Counted from the first letter of the stretch, positions 51,512 to 62,814 are shown. The stretch: DNA of 64,000 nt from an uncultured Methanoregulaceae archaeon (GCA_963701095.1 OY969564.1:160001-224000), one strand, 5' to 3'. Program-made: numbers and translations. The notes: generated from the sequence alone by a model not told the origin.

Positions 51512-53431
51512 TTATACCATACGATATGTCTCGAGATTCATGGGTGAGTGTGTCTGGATATGGTAGCGTTTGTAGATGGAACTGGCCAAGTCTATTGTGT
51601 TATTCTCATCGCCGTGAATACAGAAGATTTTTTCCGGCCTTGGTTGGATCTGGCCGATATAATTCATTAGCTGCCTACGGTCGGAGTGCCCTGAGAATCC
51701 ATCGATGGTGTCAATTTCGAGGTTGATAGTGATCGTACCTTTACGGCCCATGGGAACCTCACGCCATCCTTTCTGGATCCTCCGCCCCTGCGTTCCATCT
51801 GCCTGGTACCCGACAAAGACAAGCGCGTTTCTCTCATCTTCTGCAAGGTTAAGGAGATATTCCATGATAGGGCCCCCGTTGAGCATACCACTGGTTGATA
51901 TGATAACACACGGGTCGCCGTTGATTACTTTATCACGGAGATCGGAAGAGTCAACCTGCTGGAAACATTCGGCAAGGAAGGGATTCATTCCTTCCCGGAA
52001 GATGAGGTTGCGGAGATCGTTATTGAGGTACTCCGGATAGGTAGTATGGATTGCGGTTGCCTCACGGATCATCCCGTCGAGGTAGATCTTGACATTGGGG
52101 ATCTTACCAAGACGCATACCCTCTTCAAGGGCAAGCATGACTTCCTGCGATCTGCCGACGGCAAATGCCGGGATGAGGACTTTACCTCCCCTTGAAAGTA
52201 CCTTGTCGATAGTCTCGTATAACTTGAGTTCCGCATCGGAACGGGCTGGCTGGAAATCATTTGAACCACCGTACGTGCTCTCCATGAACAGTGCTTCAAG
52301 CCGGGGAAACTGGTTGATGGCCGGGTTGAAAAGACGACTTTTACTATAGTTAAAATCCCCGGTAAATGCTATGTTGTAGAGGCCGTCTCCTATGTGGAAA
52401 TGCGCGATGGCAGAACCAAGGATGTGCCCCGCGTTATGGAAGGTGAGCTTGATATCCGGGGCAATATCAGTAACACTGCCATAATTGAGAGTGATCGAAT
52501 GCTTGATGTACGTCTTGACTTCATTCGAGCTGTAGGGAATCTTCCGGTCTTCCTTATTGATAACGTCAAGGTAATCCAGCTGGAGCATCGCGGAAAGGTC
52601 CCGGGTCGGCGGGGTAGAATAGACCGGACCTTCGTAACCATATTTATAGAGAAGGGGGATGAGTGCACAGTGATCCAGATGCGCGTGGGTAAGGACTACT
52701 GCATCGAGCTGGGCTAATGGATGTATTTCCGGCACATAAAGATAGGGCGTCCCATTTGAGTTGTCAGGTTTTTCCCCGCAGTCGATGAGAACCCTGCTGT
52801 CGGGGGTAGTAAGGAGAAAAGCCGCTCTTCCAACTTCACGACAGCAGCCAAGTGTCGTCACCCGGACCCACTGGTCTTTTCTGGGGGCATCTTTGTTTGA
52901 GTCATCACGGCCCGGAATATCACGGTGGATCCGGCGACCGATGGTTCGGAGAAACGACTTTCGTTCTTCGTTGACCGAGCGAAGGTATTGGCGGATCTGT
53001 TTTACGGTGCTGCTTTCGATAGGCGGTGTGCGGACAACTTTGGGTGTCCAGCCGATATGTTTTGTGATCTCCCGTAAGGTAATGCCATTTTTCCCGATAA
53101 CAACACCGGGTTTCTCTGCCTCAATGAGGACTTCCCCGGTGTCCGGGTCGAAAAAAATGTCGGTGATGCCTGAAGATTCCGGTACAACGGCTCGTATTTC
53201 CGTTGCCGCTTTTTCGGGGTCTTCAAGAATCGTGGGACGAACGACAATACGTTTCCGAAGGTCACGGGCAAGAACCCGTATTAAATCAGCTTCATCGGCA
53301 AACCGTTTGGGATCATCGGTATAGATCACCAGTTCAGGCCCTTCAAATTCAACCTCGGTTACCTTGATGCCTTCAGGCACCCTTTCATTAATTTTATCCT
53401 TTAGCTCTTTGAGCCGATCTTCAATCAACAT
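51512..53431 (-). CDS. fttA: Beta-CASP ribonuclease aCPSF1 / termination factor FttA
   Basis: KH domains; THAHLDH, AGHILGS and GFSGHSD motifs. Confidence 0.95.
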   Translation of the reverse strand: MLIEDRLKELKDKINERVPEGIKVTEVEFEGPELVIYTDDPKRFADEADLIRVLARDLRKRIVVRPTILEDPEKAATEIRAVVPESSGITDIFFDPDTGEVLIEAEKPGVVIGKNGITLREITKHIGWTPKVVRTPPIESSTVKQIRQYLRSVNEERKSFLRTIGRRIHRDIPGRDDSNKDAPRKDQWVRVTTLGCCREVGRAAFLLTTPDSRVLIDCGEKPDNSNGTPYLYVPEIHPLAQLDAVVLTHAHLDHCALIPLLYKYGYEGPVYSTPPTRDLSAMLQLDYLDVINKEDRKIPYSSNEVKTYIKHSITLNYGSVTDIAPDIKLTFHNAGHILGSAIAHFHIGDGLYNIAFTGDFNYSKSRLFNPAINQFPRLEALFMESTYGGSNDFQPARSDAELKLYETIDKVLSRGGKVLIPAFAVGRSQEVMLALEEGMRLGKIPNVKIYLDGMIREATAIHTTYPEYLNNDLRNLIFREGMNPFLAECFQQVDSSDLRDKVINGDPCVIISTSGMLNGGPIMEYLLNLAEDERNALVFVGYQADGTQGRRIQKGWREVPMGRKGTITINLEIDTIDGFSGHSDRRQLMNYIGQIQPRPEKIFCIHGDENNTIDLASSIYKRYHIQTHSPMNLETYRMV

Positions 53432-53455
53432 AATAATGGACTTCCTAAAAAGAGA

Positions 53456-54097
53456 TTATACAGAATTTTTGGGGAGGTATTTGTTAAGCTGGTCCTCTCC
53501 CAGCACATGATATTTTTCTTTAGTAATGATGACCACATGGATTCCTTCGCCGGATCCTGCATCGCGTTTCATAGCTGACTTGAGTGCACGGACTGCAAGC
53601 TCAGTGGCTTCCTCTTCACTCATGTCCGGGCGATACCGGTCTTCCAGGACACCATAGGCCATGGGAGATCCGGAACCGGTCGAGACAATATCTTCTTCTT
53701 TAGTCGCCCCGCCCATTGCATCGACCGAATAGACGCTCGGCCCATGTTCATCGATACCGCCAACAAGCAACTGGACATAATACGGGAAATAACGGTTCTG
53801 GTTTAAATAATTGGAAAGCAACGTTGAAGCCGCACCCACCGTAATTGCCCGTGACCTGCGTATTTGGTACAGGTTACATTCAACTGTTATAATTCGTGCT
53901 AGCTGCTGTGCATCGCCCACACCGCCGGCAATAGTCATGCCAATTCTGTCGGCAATCTGGTAGACTTTCTTTGCACGCTTGCTTGCAATCATGTAACCCA
54001 TGGTCGCACGCTTCTCTGTGGCAAGGATAACCCCGCCGGCAAATATCAGACCTACCGTTGTCGTCCCGGTCATAGCTTCCTGGTATTGTTCAGGCAT
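53456..54097 (-). CDS. psmB: Proteasome beta subunit
   Basis: TG|TTTVG, TGSGS and RDAGSG motifs. Confidence 0.95.
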   Translation of the reverse strand: MPEQYQEAMTGTTTVGLIFAGGVILATEKRATMGYMIASKRAKKVYQIADRIGMTIAGGVGDAQQLARIITVECNLYQIRRSRAITVGAASTLLSNYLNQNRYFPYYVQLLVGGIDEHGPSVYSVDAMGGATKEEDIVSTGSGSPMAYGVLEDRYRPDMSEEEATELAVRALKSAMKRDAGSGEGIHVVIITKEKYHVLGEDQLNKYLPKNSV

Positions 54098-54181
54098 ATC
54101 ACACCTCAAAAATAAATGAACGCCGAAAATCAATTAAAAGCGTTTTATGGTATAAAATGACACGTTTAAATTTAAAGGTTG

Positions 54182-55033
54182 TTATTCTTCTGTGTCTTCT
54201 TTGCAGAGGACACGGATAAGATCCCGGTCATAAAGCATAGCCACAAGGCGCTTGTCACCATTTATCACCGGGAGTTGGTCAACCCGAGACCGTCGCATTT
54301 TAAGCGCACATTCACTGACTTCAGAATTTTTGGGGACAGCGATCACGTTTTTAATCATGGCAAGTTTTACCGGCCGGTTGGGAAGCTGGACCCGTGAGAT
54401 TCCGAAACTGATCGTATGGTTATCCCTGATACTCTCCCAAGTCCATTCATCGTCGTCAGTCCCATTGGAAAAGTCACTGACCCCGACTGAATCCTCGATG
54501 CTTGAATTCCTGATAAGATCGCGTTCTGAGATTATACCCTGGAGGATACTTTCGGAATTGAGAATCGGTATCGCATCAACACCGGAAATTTCCATGACAC
54601 GACCGACAAGCGGGAGGGGCGTGTCTTCCCAAAGCGCAAACGTCGTGCTCGTGTAGGTATCCTTGATCTCTTCTTTAATTTTCATCTGTGCGATCGCGTG
54701 GATCAGGTCAGCAACAGAAAGAAGTCCAATCAGTTTGTTATCCTCAATAACCGGGAGTCTCCGGATGTGGTTGTTTACCAATAGTTTAGCAGCTTCCCGG
54801 ACATCAGCATTAGGACCAATCGTTATTGGCTTGGATTCCATGAGAAGCCCGAGCTGGGTTTCTTCTGGTTTTCGGAGCAGGTCCTTTCTGGTGATAATAC
54901 CGACGAGCTTCTTATTCTTAAGTACCGGGACGCCGGATATACCGGTCCTTTTGAGGATTTTGAGGACATCATCCCGGTTGCCGGGAATATCGACGTGGAC
55001 GACGTCCGATGTCATGTAGTCTTTAACGAGCAT
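54182..55033 (-). CDS. CBS-domain protein (four CBS domains)
   Basis: Repeated (L)PV...GII..DL motifs. Confidence 0.88.
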   Translation of the reverse strand: MLVKDYMTSDVVHVDIPGNRDDVLKILKRTGISGVPVLKNKKLVGIITRKDLLRKPEETQLGLLMESKPITIGPNADVREAAKLLVNNHIRRLPVIEDNKLIGLLSVADLIHAIAQMKIKEEIKDTYTSTTFALWEDTPLPLVGRVMEISGVDAIPILNSESILQGIISERDLIRNSSIEDSVGVSDFSNGTDDDEWTWESIRDNHTISFGISRVQLPNRPVKLAMIKNVIAVPKNSEVSECALKMRRSRVDQLPVINGDKRLVAMLYDRDLIRVLCKEDTEE

Positions 55034-55038
55034 CTCTG

Positions 55039-55473
55039 TTATGATCTCACCACCATGGTTGTGACTGTACTATGGGTTGTTATATAGGTGCTGACACTTC
55101 CGAGAAGAATACTGTCGGTTGTGCTTTTCCCGTGGGATCCGGAAATAATAAGATCCACTTTTTCTTTCTGGGCAAGTGCAATAATCTCTGTGCCAGCATG
55201 GCCCCGTTTTAAATGCGTCGAAGCCACGATGCCCTTTTCTGCTGCGATCTTTTTTACTTTTTCAAGGGCTGCTTTTCCCTCCTTCTCAAGAACGCTATAC
55301 ATTATTTCAACAGTATTATCTATCGGAAGAGAAGAGAAGAGGCCGGTTTCAACGACATAAACGGCATGGAGCTTTGCATTCCATACTCTTGCCTCGTCGA
55401 CAGCCCGTTCGATTGACCGATCGCCCGGTTTTGAACCGTCTATTGCGACAAGTATGTTAGTGAACACTAGCAT
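55039..55473 (-). CDS. Universal stress protein
   Basis: ILVAIDGS and GSHG...LLGSVS motifs. Confidence 0.9.
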   Translation of the reverse strand: MLVFTNILVAIDGSKPGDRSIERAVDEARVWNAKLHAVYVVETGLFSSLPIDNTVEIMYSVLEKEGKAALEKVKKIAAEKGIVASTHLKRGHAGTEIIALAQKEKVDLIISGSHGKSTTDSILLGSVSTYITTHSTVTTMVVRS

Positions 55474-55496
55474 CACCCAAAACAAACATGCCATTT

Positions 55497-56543
55497 TTAT
55501 TGAGTTTTCAAATTAAAAACGTTATTCCCAATTCTCATTAACTGTGCGCGTTTTACTAGCGAAGTTATGGGATCCCGGGAAAAAGCAAGAGCTGACCGTG
55601 TCGGATCTATCGTAAAGAGGGCTGCGCGTGCTCCTTTCCGGATAAAGAACGGGGAGCCGGTGAGTTGAGATCCAGCGACCGCAGACCAGAGAATCGTTTT
55701 TGCAGGGAGATGGTATACCGTCAAAGTAAATGCCATCTCTGAAAACATGTCAGGGGGTACAAACATCACATTGTCTGTGCCGAGCAGGATGGTGCACCCG
55801 AGCTCCCGCATCGTTTCCAAGGGGGGATACCGTGACGATGCGGTTACGCCAAGCTCCCAGTTGGAACGGGGACAGACGGCTATAGGGATTCCCTGTTCTG
55901 CACAAAAACGGAGCTGCTTTCTAGTGGCATGGGTCATATGGACAAGAAGATCCGGCTCGAACGAAAGGGCGGCATCGATATCATCATTATCGCGTTCCCC
56001 CGCATGGAATGCAATCTTTTTACCGGCATTCCGGGCAACTCTGATCTTGTGTTCTAAACCCTCTACATCCCGGGCACTACTTATACCAAAACCATCCGCA
56101 ACACTTTCGCCACCTTCCCTGCCAAAAATGACAGGCTCAAAGGTGAGACCTGCGCTCGCACGCTGGAGCAGAGAGACCCCCTTTTTTCCTCCTTCCCGGA
56201 AATCCGCACAGCCGAATGTTCCGGAACTGATCATCCCGGTAATAGACGCCCGCATCCCGGCTATAAGATTATCCGGAGAGGCGGCAGCGAGAAGCCGGTG
56301 TTTGAGGCCGTCAGGTGGTGTTACAATACTTGCCAGATTCCCGGTATATCCGCAATCCGTGGCTATAGTATCGGCAAGATGCGTGTGAGCATCAAATAAT
56401 GCCGGACAGATCCAGATCTGTGGCGCACTGGTTCTTTCTTCAATCGCGGTGACATAATCTCTCTCAATGACAATATCGACTGGCCTGAGATCGAGATCTT
56501 CACCAACGAATGCCTGGCCTGACAGAACCTGTGGGGTTTTCAT
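55497..56543 (-). CDS. Amidohydrolase family protein
   Basis: DAHTH, HAGE and LGTDN motifs. Confidence 0.85.
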   Translation of the reverse strand: MKTPQVLSGQAFVGEDLDLRPVDIVIERDYVTAIEERTSAPQIWICPALFDAHTHLADTIATDCGYTGNLASIVTPPDGLKHRLLAAASPDNLIAGMRASITGMISSGTFGCADFREGGKKGVSLLQRASAGLTFEPVIFGREGGESVADGFGISSARDVEGLEHKIRVARNAGKKIAFHAGERDNDDIDAALSFEPDLLVHMTHATRKQLRFCAEQGIPIAVCPRSNWELGVTASSRYPPLETMRELGCTILLGTDNVMFVPPDMFSEMAFTLTVYHLPAKTILWSAVAGSQLTGSPFFIRKGARAALFTIDPTRSALAFSRDPITSLVKRAQLMRIGNNVFNLKTQ

Positions 56544-56591
56544 GGGGTGTCGTGTCTCCCTTTTATATATCGAAAAATGAAATATATTCTC

Positions 56592-56762
56592 ATGGCAAAG
56601 AAAAAAGGCGGTAGGTTACTTTCTTCGGCGGGTCTCGTCAACTATTACGAGAGCGAGGACCGGCGGGCAATACATATTAGTCCAATAACGGTCATGGCAA
56701 TTGCTGCAATCGTAGGAATTATTGTCATGGTTTTCAATCTCCTCTATGCAAGTACGTCATAA
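56592..56762 (+). CDS. secG: Preprotein translocase Sec61-beta/SecG
   Basis: LSSAGLVNYY motif followed by one TM. Confidence 0.9.
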   Translation: MAKKKGGRLLSSAGLVNYYESEDRRAIHISPITVMAIAAIVGIIVMVFNLLYASTS

Positions 56763-56792
56763 ATAATTTTTATCTTTTGTATCTTTTTTCCT

Positions 56793-57546
56793 CTATGAAG
56801 GGCACTTTTCCTTGAGCAGCCTGCGGGTGATATCCTCGTCCTTGGTGAAATAGATATTATCGTGGCCGGCCCAAGGAGGGCAGTTATGAAACAGTACCTG
56901 CGGGAACACCGTTATTGCTTTCGCCCATGACAAAATTTGCAAACCCTGCTATTTCATCCACCACGGCTTCTTCGGTGATCTTAAGTTCGTGACCGAAAAG
57001 GTCGACATCACCCCGGAAATCCCGGATAGCCGTAAACCCGGCCCACCCGATAGCATGCCCGGTCTGTCCTCGCCGGAATGACCGCCCGCAGGTGTCCGTG
57101 ATAATGATACCCACGTTTTTTCCGGCGATCTGGCGGATTTCTTCCTGGACTTTTGCCGCAGCTTGCATAGGGTTGGGGGGGAGGAATATCACCATACCGT
57201 CATCAATATTGCTCTGATCGACACCGGCCCGGACACCGATATGGCCAAACGAAAGCTCAGAAAGGATGAAGGGGTATTCCATAATGATATCCACTGACGC
57301 ATCGAGCACAGCCTGGACAAAACGGGGGTCTTCACCGTTGAGTTTGCCAAGCCGCAATGCTTTGTCAGACGGTATGATGTCCACAAGAGCTTTTGTATAC
57401 CCTTTGGCCTTTGAGTAGATTGTAGAAGCTATTGAGACAATATCACCGTCCTCTATTGTTACCCGCTCACAGATCATCGCTGCAATATTATCACCGGCTT
57501 TGATCAGGGGAAGCCCCCGGATACCCGTGACGACAATATTTTCCAT
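56793..57546 (-). CDS. cofE: Coenzyme F420-0:L-glutamate ligase; apparent frameshift near 56897
   Basis: AGVDQSN, DTCGRSFRRG and MGE..GVP motifs. Confidence 0.9.
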
Positions 57547-57671
57547 AGTACTGGTTCTATGGAGTGATCAAAACGATATAGGGGTTTCGTTTGATTTTTC
57601 CTTATCTGGTCCATTTCTATAACAAACATCAATATATTTTTATAGATGTTAAACTGAAAATCTGATTACCT

Positions 57672-57944
57672 ATGTACCACATTCTCAGGTGCCCGGGGTG
57701 CAAAGCATTTACCTACGTGGATCGGTTCCAGAAATGGAAGCTTTGCCCGGCCTGTGGTCATGCGTACGAAGTTGCAAAGGTTCCTGCTTATCTCGAGGTT
57801 GAAGATTACCATGATGCCGAGCATATCATCCGGCAGATGGAAAAACACCTGTATACCTATAAGAAAAAGGATTTTACCCCGGAAGAATCCGAGGAACTCC
57901 GCCGGCATTATGCGGAGTGGTTCGGTAAGAAAAAGGTTCGTTGA
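57672..57944 (+). CDS. Zn-ribbon protein (DUF1922-like)
   Basis: CPGC...CPACG. Confidence 0.7.
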   Translation: MYHILRCPGCKAFTYVDRFQKWKLCPACGHAYEVAKVPAYLEVEDYHDAEHIIRQMEKHLYTYKKKDFTPEESEELRRHYAEWFGKKKVR

Positions 57945-58054
57945 AATCCAGTTTTTTTTCAGATAATACTTCGAGCATTTTTCATATAATTCCTTTCAAG
58001 GATACGCATTGCAAGATTCATGAGCCGGTAAAAGAGATATCCCTTGGGGAAACC

Positions 58055-59289
58055 GTGGGCCATTACGATGTTTGTGTTATAGGTGCCGGGCCGCGGTCTG
58101 TTCTGCGCGATCCATGCAGCCGGACATGGTGTCCGCGTTCTTCTTCTTGAAAAAAATGCAACGCCCGGTGTTAAATTAGCGATTTCCGGCACCGGCCAAT
58201 GCAATATTACCCATGATGGGGATATCCGGACCTTTTTTTCCCGGTATGGGTCGCACGGAACATTTCTCAAACCTGCATTGTTATCCTTTACCAATAAGGC
58301 GCTCATCAGTTTTTTTGCAGAACGAGGTCTTGGTATGGATATTGCTGAAGGAGGAAAGATCTTTCCGGAGAGCCGGGATGCCCAAGATGTCTGCTCCGTT
58401 CTCGTCAATGAATGCCGGAAGTGTGGCGTTTTCCTGAAATGCGGGGACCCGGTCAGAAAAGTCGAAAGAACCGATACGGGTTTTGCCATCAGGACTTCAG
58501 GTCAGGTATATTCCTCAAAGAATCTTGTTCTTGCCTGTGGGGGAGCATCGTACCCGAAAACCGGATCGACCGGTGACGGTTACCGGATTGCGGCATATTT
58601 AGGTCATACAATAGCCGAGATCGGTCCGGCGCTTGCCCCGCTTATTATCAAGAATTTCCCTTTTTCCTCACTTGCCGGTATGACTTTTCCTGAACTCTCC
58701 TTCTCGGTTTGGCGCATGAAGTGTAAGATTATCGAGGCTAAGGGAGATATTGTTTTTACGCACGCCGGTCTCGGCCGGGGTACTCGATCATTCCCGCGAC
58801 ATCCGCCCGGGTGACCGTATCCGGCTTTCATTTATCGGTCAAACACCGCGGGACGTTGTTGTTCAGGAGATACTTTCGGCCATTGCTATCAGCCCGGCGA
58901 AAACGATCAAAACACTTATCACCGGTATGGGTGTGCCTGAACGGCTTTCCCGCCTTCTGCCGGAAATGGCGGGAATTACACCGGATAGTACTGGCGCCCA
59001 TCTTTCTGCCGCGAACCGTAACCGGCTTATTGATTCCGTTACCGGATGTCAGCTGGAAATTTATGATGTGGGAAACCTTTCCGTTGCGATGGTGACGAGA
59101 GGGGGTATCAACCTTTCTGAAGTAGATCCGAAAACGATGGCATCAAAATTGGTGCCGGGGCTGTTTTTTGCCGGGGAAGTGCTGGACATTGATGGTGACA
59201 CCGGCGGTTTTAACCTCCAGGCTGCGTTTTCGACCGGCTTTCTTGCTGCTCAAGCAATACGGTCACGTGGAAAAAAGTCCTCCGAATAA
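58055..59289 (+). CDS. NAD(P)/FAD-dependent oxidoreductase (HI0933/BaiN family); apparent frameshifts near 58092 and 58771
   Basis: IGAG, SGTGQCNIT, GSTGDGY and TGGFNLQAA motifs. Confidence 0.85.
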
Positions 59290-59410
59290 TACAATCGTGT
59301 TAAGTAATGGGATCAAATTCTTCCCCGATTACGTTGAGTTTTTGTACGCAACTATGTCAATGTATATATTGGCCCATTAACGAGCCAGATTGGTACAGGA
59401 CGGATCCCCT

Positions 59411-59785
59411 ATGGATGATAATTTTGAGACTATAGAAACCGGTGAAAATGCAGCCAAGACAGAACCTTCAGCCTCGGTGGAATCTTCCTGCCAACCTCCT
59501 CCCGAAACAATCACCGGAATGAGCCTTGAAAAGATAATTGAAATCACCGGAGAATTCGAGCATCTTAACGAGCTCATTATGATTCACATACAACAAGCCG
59601 GAGGATTTACCGGTGTAGATGCGTATTTCCGGACCGTTCAACCTATACTGGATCTTCTGGAAGTTGAGATCCGTGTACGGTGCAGTGTAGGCATTAATCA
59701 ACAGCAGATGAAACTGGTGGTGCAGGACTGGATTGATCAGGAAATCAAGGCTTGTATGGAAAAAACTGCTGAGCTTGGCAGGTAG
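59411..59785 (+). CDS. Hypothetical protein
   Basis: Coding-like ORF. Confidence 0.55.
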   Translation: MDDNFETIETGENAAKTEPSASVESSCQPPPETITGMSLEKIIEITGEFEHLNELIMIHIQQAGGFTGVDAYFRTVQPILDLLEVEIRVRCSVGINQQQMKLVVQDWIDQEIKACMEKTAELGR

Positions 59786-59860
59786 GAAAAGAGAGGGGTT
59801 TCCACAGCCCATAAATACTATTTTTAAATAGGATTTTGAGGTAAAACAAGGAAAAAGGTT

Positions 59861-61069
59861 TTAGATCAACATGGATGCCCAAGCATACATATTGTGAAGA
59901 CCGGCGGAGATTACGGTTACCGGATCAATATGGAGCAGAGGGAAAATAAGAATGAAATATAGGAATGTACCAATGAGGCTTCCCAGGTTTGCCAGTGCTG
60001 CGACCAGGACAACTTTAAACAGCGGGACGCGCGCCATTTCCCCGATTGAATCGCACTCGTAAATCTTCCGGAAATCCGAGACGGGGGGTTTTCGCACCTT
60101 TGCTTCGACATAGGCAGCAAACCAACCAGCATGGAGCAGGGGGTTTAGGGAGGTCATCCACGCAACCGCAAAACAGGTCAGCGCTGAGTACGGATGGCCC
60201 CCGGCTATCAGCGTAAACACTGCTGCAAGTACCCCATGTATAACTATCCAGAAGAGAAGAGCATACAGGAGAACCATCAGGCCGACCCCGGAGAAAGCAA
60301 TCGCTGCTAAAAGAAATGCAAAAAGGCCGGTTACTGCAAATCCGAATATTTTTGCCCAGGGAAAGGATTTTGGTTCTTTTGCAAGCGCGTCAAACGGCGG
60401 AAGTTTCTGCGGATGTTCGATATAATCGTTGATTCCCTGACGGTGACCGGCGCCGACAATGGCAAGGATCCGGCCCTCAGGCCGTTGGGCTTTGAGGAGT
60501 ATAAGCTGGTGCGCAATGTAGGCATCACGTTCATCTATTAACGCGTGGGCACCATTTGGTGAGAACCTGCGAAACTCTTCCATGACAGCATCGATAATGT
60601 CCTGTTCCTTGAGCGATTCAATATCGAATTGCTGTTCAACGTTGTCCACTTCCGCTATGGAGTAGATTAACGCAAAGACCATCTTGATCTTTTCGATGAT
60701 GCCCATTGATTTCCAGAATCTGAGAAGCGTTAAACGTATGTCACGATCCACAAGGGCAATAGGAATACCCCGACTTTCCGCTTCCGCGATGGCAATTTTC
60801 ATCTCGGCGCCGGGTTCGACACCGACATCGACGCCTATTTTTCTCTGGAGGTAAGAAAGCAGCCACTGGACGAGGAGTGAATTAAAGTTTCTGACTTCAA
60901 GGACATCCTCAACTGTCGGATCCCGGGCCTGTTTTTTCAAAGCCGAATAACGGGCCGGATCCAATTCTATCGCTACAATATCCGGATGGAATTCCTCGAT
61001 TGCAGCCCGGACTTCATCGACGCTCTTCTGTGAGACATGCGCAGTCCCGACGATCTTCAACTCAGCCAT
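59861..61069 (-). CDS. TraB/GumN (pheromone-shutdown-like) family protein
   Basis: GTAHVS, PGAEM, LIDERD and VGAGH motifs. Confidence 0.9.
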   Translation of the reverse strand: MAELKIVGTAHVSQKSVDEVRAAIEEFHPDIVAIELDPARYSALKKQARDPTVEDVLEVRNFNSLLVQWLLSYLQRKIGVDVGVEPGAEMKIAIAEAESRGIPIALVDRDIRLTLLRFWKSMGIIEKIKMVFALIYSIAEVDNVEQQFDIESLKEQDIIDAVMEEFRRFSPNGAHALIDERDAYIAHQLILLKAQRPEGRILAIVGAGHRQGINDYIEHPQKLPPFDALAKEPKSFPWAKIFGFAVTGLFAFLLAAIAFSGVGLMVLLYALLFWIVIHGVLAAVFTLIAGGHPYSALTCFAVAWMTSLNPLLHAGWFAAYVEAKVRKPPVSDFRKIYECDSIGEMARVPLFKVVLVAALANLGSLIGTFLYFILIFPLLHIDPVTVISAGLHNMYAWASMLI

Positions 61070-61222
61070 TCGTCACCGTAATTCCAGTACTCTTGGTCTT
61101 TTGCCCTCTTTAATGATAGTATAGGCCGAAACGAAAAGAAGGGTTTATCCCCAGTGCATTAGCACCGTAACCGGGTTATTAAGCCTGTTTCACCAATATG
61201 TCCATAATTATCAGAGAATAGC

Positions 61223-62038
61223 ATGAAGATCGCCATAGCTGGGAAAGGGGGATCAGGCAAAACGCTGGTGGCTGGCAGCTTTTCGTATTTGCTTGCCCGC
61301 GCCGGGTACAAGACACTAGCTATCGACGCTGATTCAGCCCCGAATCTGGGATCGTTGCTCGGCCTTTCAGCACCTGAAACCACTACTATAATGCCGGTCT
61401 CAAAAAATGAAGACCTCATTTCAACGAAAACCAAAACAGGTTATCCCGGTGTATATTCCCTGAACTTCTCGGTGGCAGATGTGATTGGGAAGTATGCGGT
61501 GCCGACCCCAACCGGCGCTCACCTGCTGGTGATGGGCACGGTATCTTCTATGGGTGGTGGCTGTACCTGTCCGGCAAACAGTGTGATACGGGCTCTGCTT
61601 CGTCATCTTCTTGTTGAGCGTGATGAGATGGTTGTATTGGATATGGAAGCAGGTGTCGAACATCTCGGCAGGGGAACCGCGGAGAATGTCGATATTATGC
61701 TGGTTGCCAGTGATGCAAACCGCCAGTCACTTGCTATCGCGGAAACGATCCTCCGGATGGCACAGGATGCCGGTATCCCCCGGACCGCACTGATAGGGAA
61801 CAAAATTGCAAATCCCGGCCAGGAACAGATCATACAGGATTTTGCCCGAACCCGCGAGATCGCCATTGCCGGTATGATTCCATCAGATGATACTGTGACA
61901 AAAGCAGGTATAACCGGTGATTCGGTTATCTCACTTCAAAATTCACCGGCATTTGCTGCCATCCGGGAAATCCTCGCCGGGATTTGTATGGTGGCCAACG
62001 AAAATACGTCTTTACAGAATGGAAAAACCACATTATGA
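61223..62038 (+). CDS. cooC: CO dehydrogenase nickel-insertion ATPase CooC/AcsF
   Basis: GKGGSGKT, GCTCP and DMEAGVEHLGRG motifs. Confidence 0.9.
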   Translation: MKIAIAGKGGSGKTLVAGSFSYLLARAGYKTLAIDADSAPNLGSLLGLSAPETTTIMPVSKNEDLISTKTKTGYPGVYSLNFSVADVIGKYAVPTPTGAHLLVMGTVSSMGGGCTCPANSVIRALLRHLLVERDEMVVLDMEAGVEHLGRGTAENVDIMLVASDANRQSLAIAETILRMAQDAGIPRTALIGNKIANPGQEQIIQDFARTREIAIAGMIPSDDTVTKAGITGDSVISLQNSPAFAAIREILAGICMVANENTSLQNGKTTL

Positions 62039-62814
62039 AAACGCTGGTGACCATGGGCCGGGGTGGAACCGGCAAAACAGACTTTGTTGCGTTGCAGACA
62101 AAATATTTCCTGAAACAAAGCGATACGCCGCTTCTTTTAGTTGATCTTGATCCGGACCAGAACCTTGCTGAGATGGTTGGGGTTGACCTCGAGAAAGAAG
62201 GCGTAAAGACAATTGCTGAACTGGTCACGGATACGTTTATTAAAAAAGGTGGAACGATAACCGGGATCGCCCCTAAGGAAAGGATCGAAAGCCAGGTTCT
62301 TAGGGAAGGGCTGTATGAAGGCAGCCATTTTGATCTCATTGCCGTTGGCACTAAGTGGATCGAAGGGTGCTACTGCATGCCGGATGCAGCCCTTAAAGGA
62401 GCGCTTGAGTCGCTTTCGAAAAATTATTCCTATGTATTGGTCGATTCACCCGCAGGTCTTGAGCATCTCAATCGTAAGGTAACCGCACAGGTATCTGATA
62501 TTTTCGATGTGATGGGGCCATCCCACAAATCTCTTCTTCACGTGCGGCGAGCTGACCGGATCACCCGAGAGGTCGGTATCACCTTTGACAGATTCTTTAT
62601 CGTTGGTGGCTGTCTTTTTCCCTCAAGCCTTGAGAAAAGGGCACAGGAAGAGACCGGTCAGCAGTACCTGGGAAAAATTGTCTTCGATCCCATCGTACAG
62701 GAATCCGTCATCGAAGGCCGGTCGCTTCTCGACGTATCATATAATTCCCCAGCGTATCTCTCCGTTTGCACCCTCATGAAAAATGCCGGATATGGTGAGG
62801 CTGGATCTTCATGA
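62035..62814 (+). CDS. cooC: Second CooC-family ATPase
   Basis: GRGGTGKT, GCYC and DSPAGLEHLNR motifs. Confidence 0.85.
   Translation: MKTLVTMGRGGTGKTDFVALQTKYFLKQSDTPLLLVDLDPDQNLAEMVGVDLEKEGVKTIAELVTDTFIKKGGTITGIAPKERIESQVLREGLYEGSHFDLIAVGTKWIEGCYCMPDAALKGALESLSKNYSYVLVDSPAGLEHLNRKVTAQVSDIFDVMGPSHKSLLHVRRADRITREVGITFDRFFIVGGCLFPSSLEKRAQEETGQQYLGKIVFDPIVQESVIEGRSLLDVSYNSPAYLSVCTLMKNAGYGEAGSS

Noticed and set aside
59861..61069. TraB-family gene as evidence of conjugation
   Set aside because: This is the TraB/GumN family common in archaeal chromosomes, not a conjugative transfer gene, and it lies outside the island.
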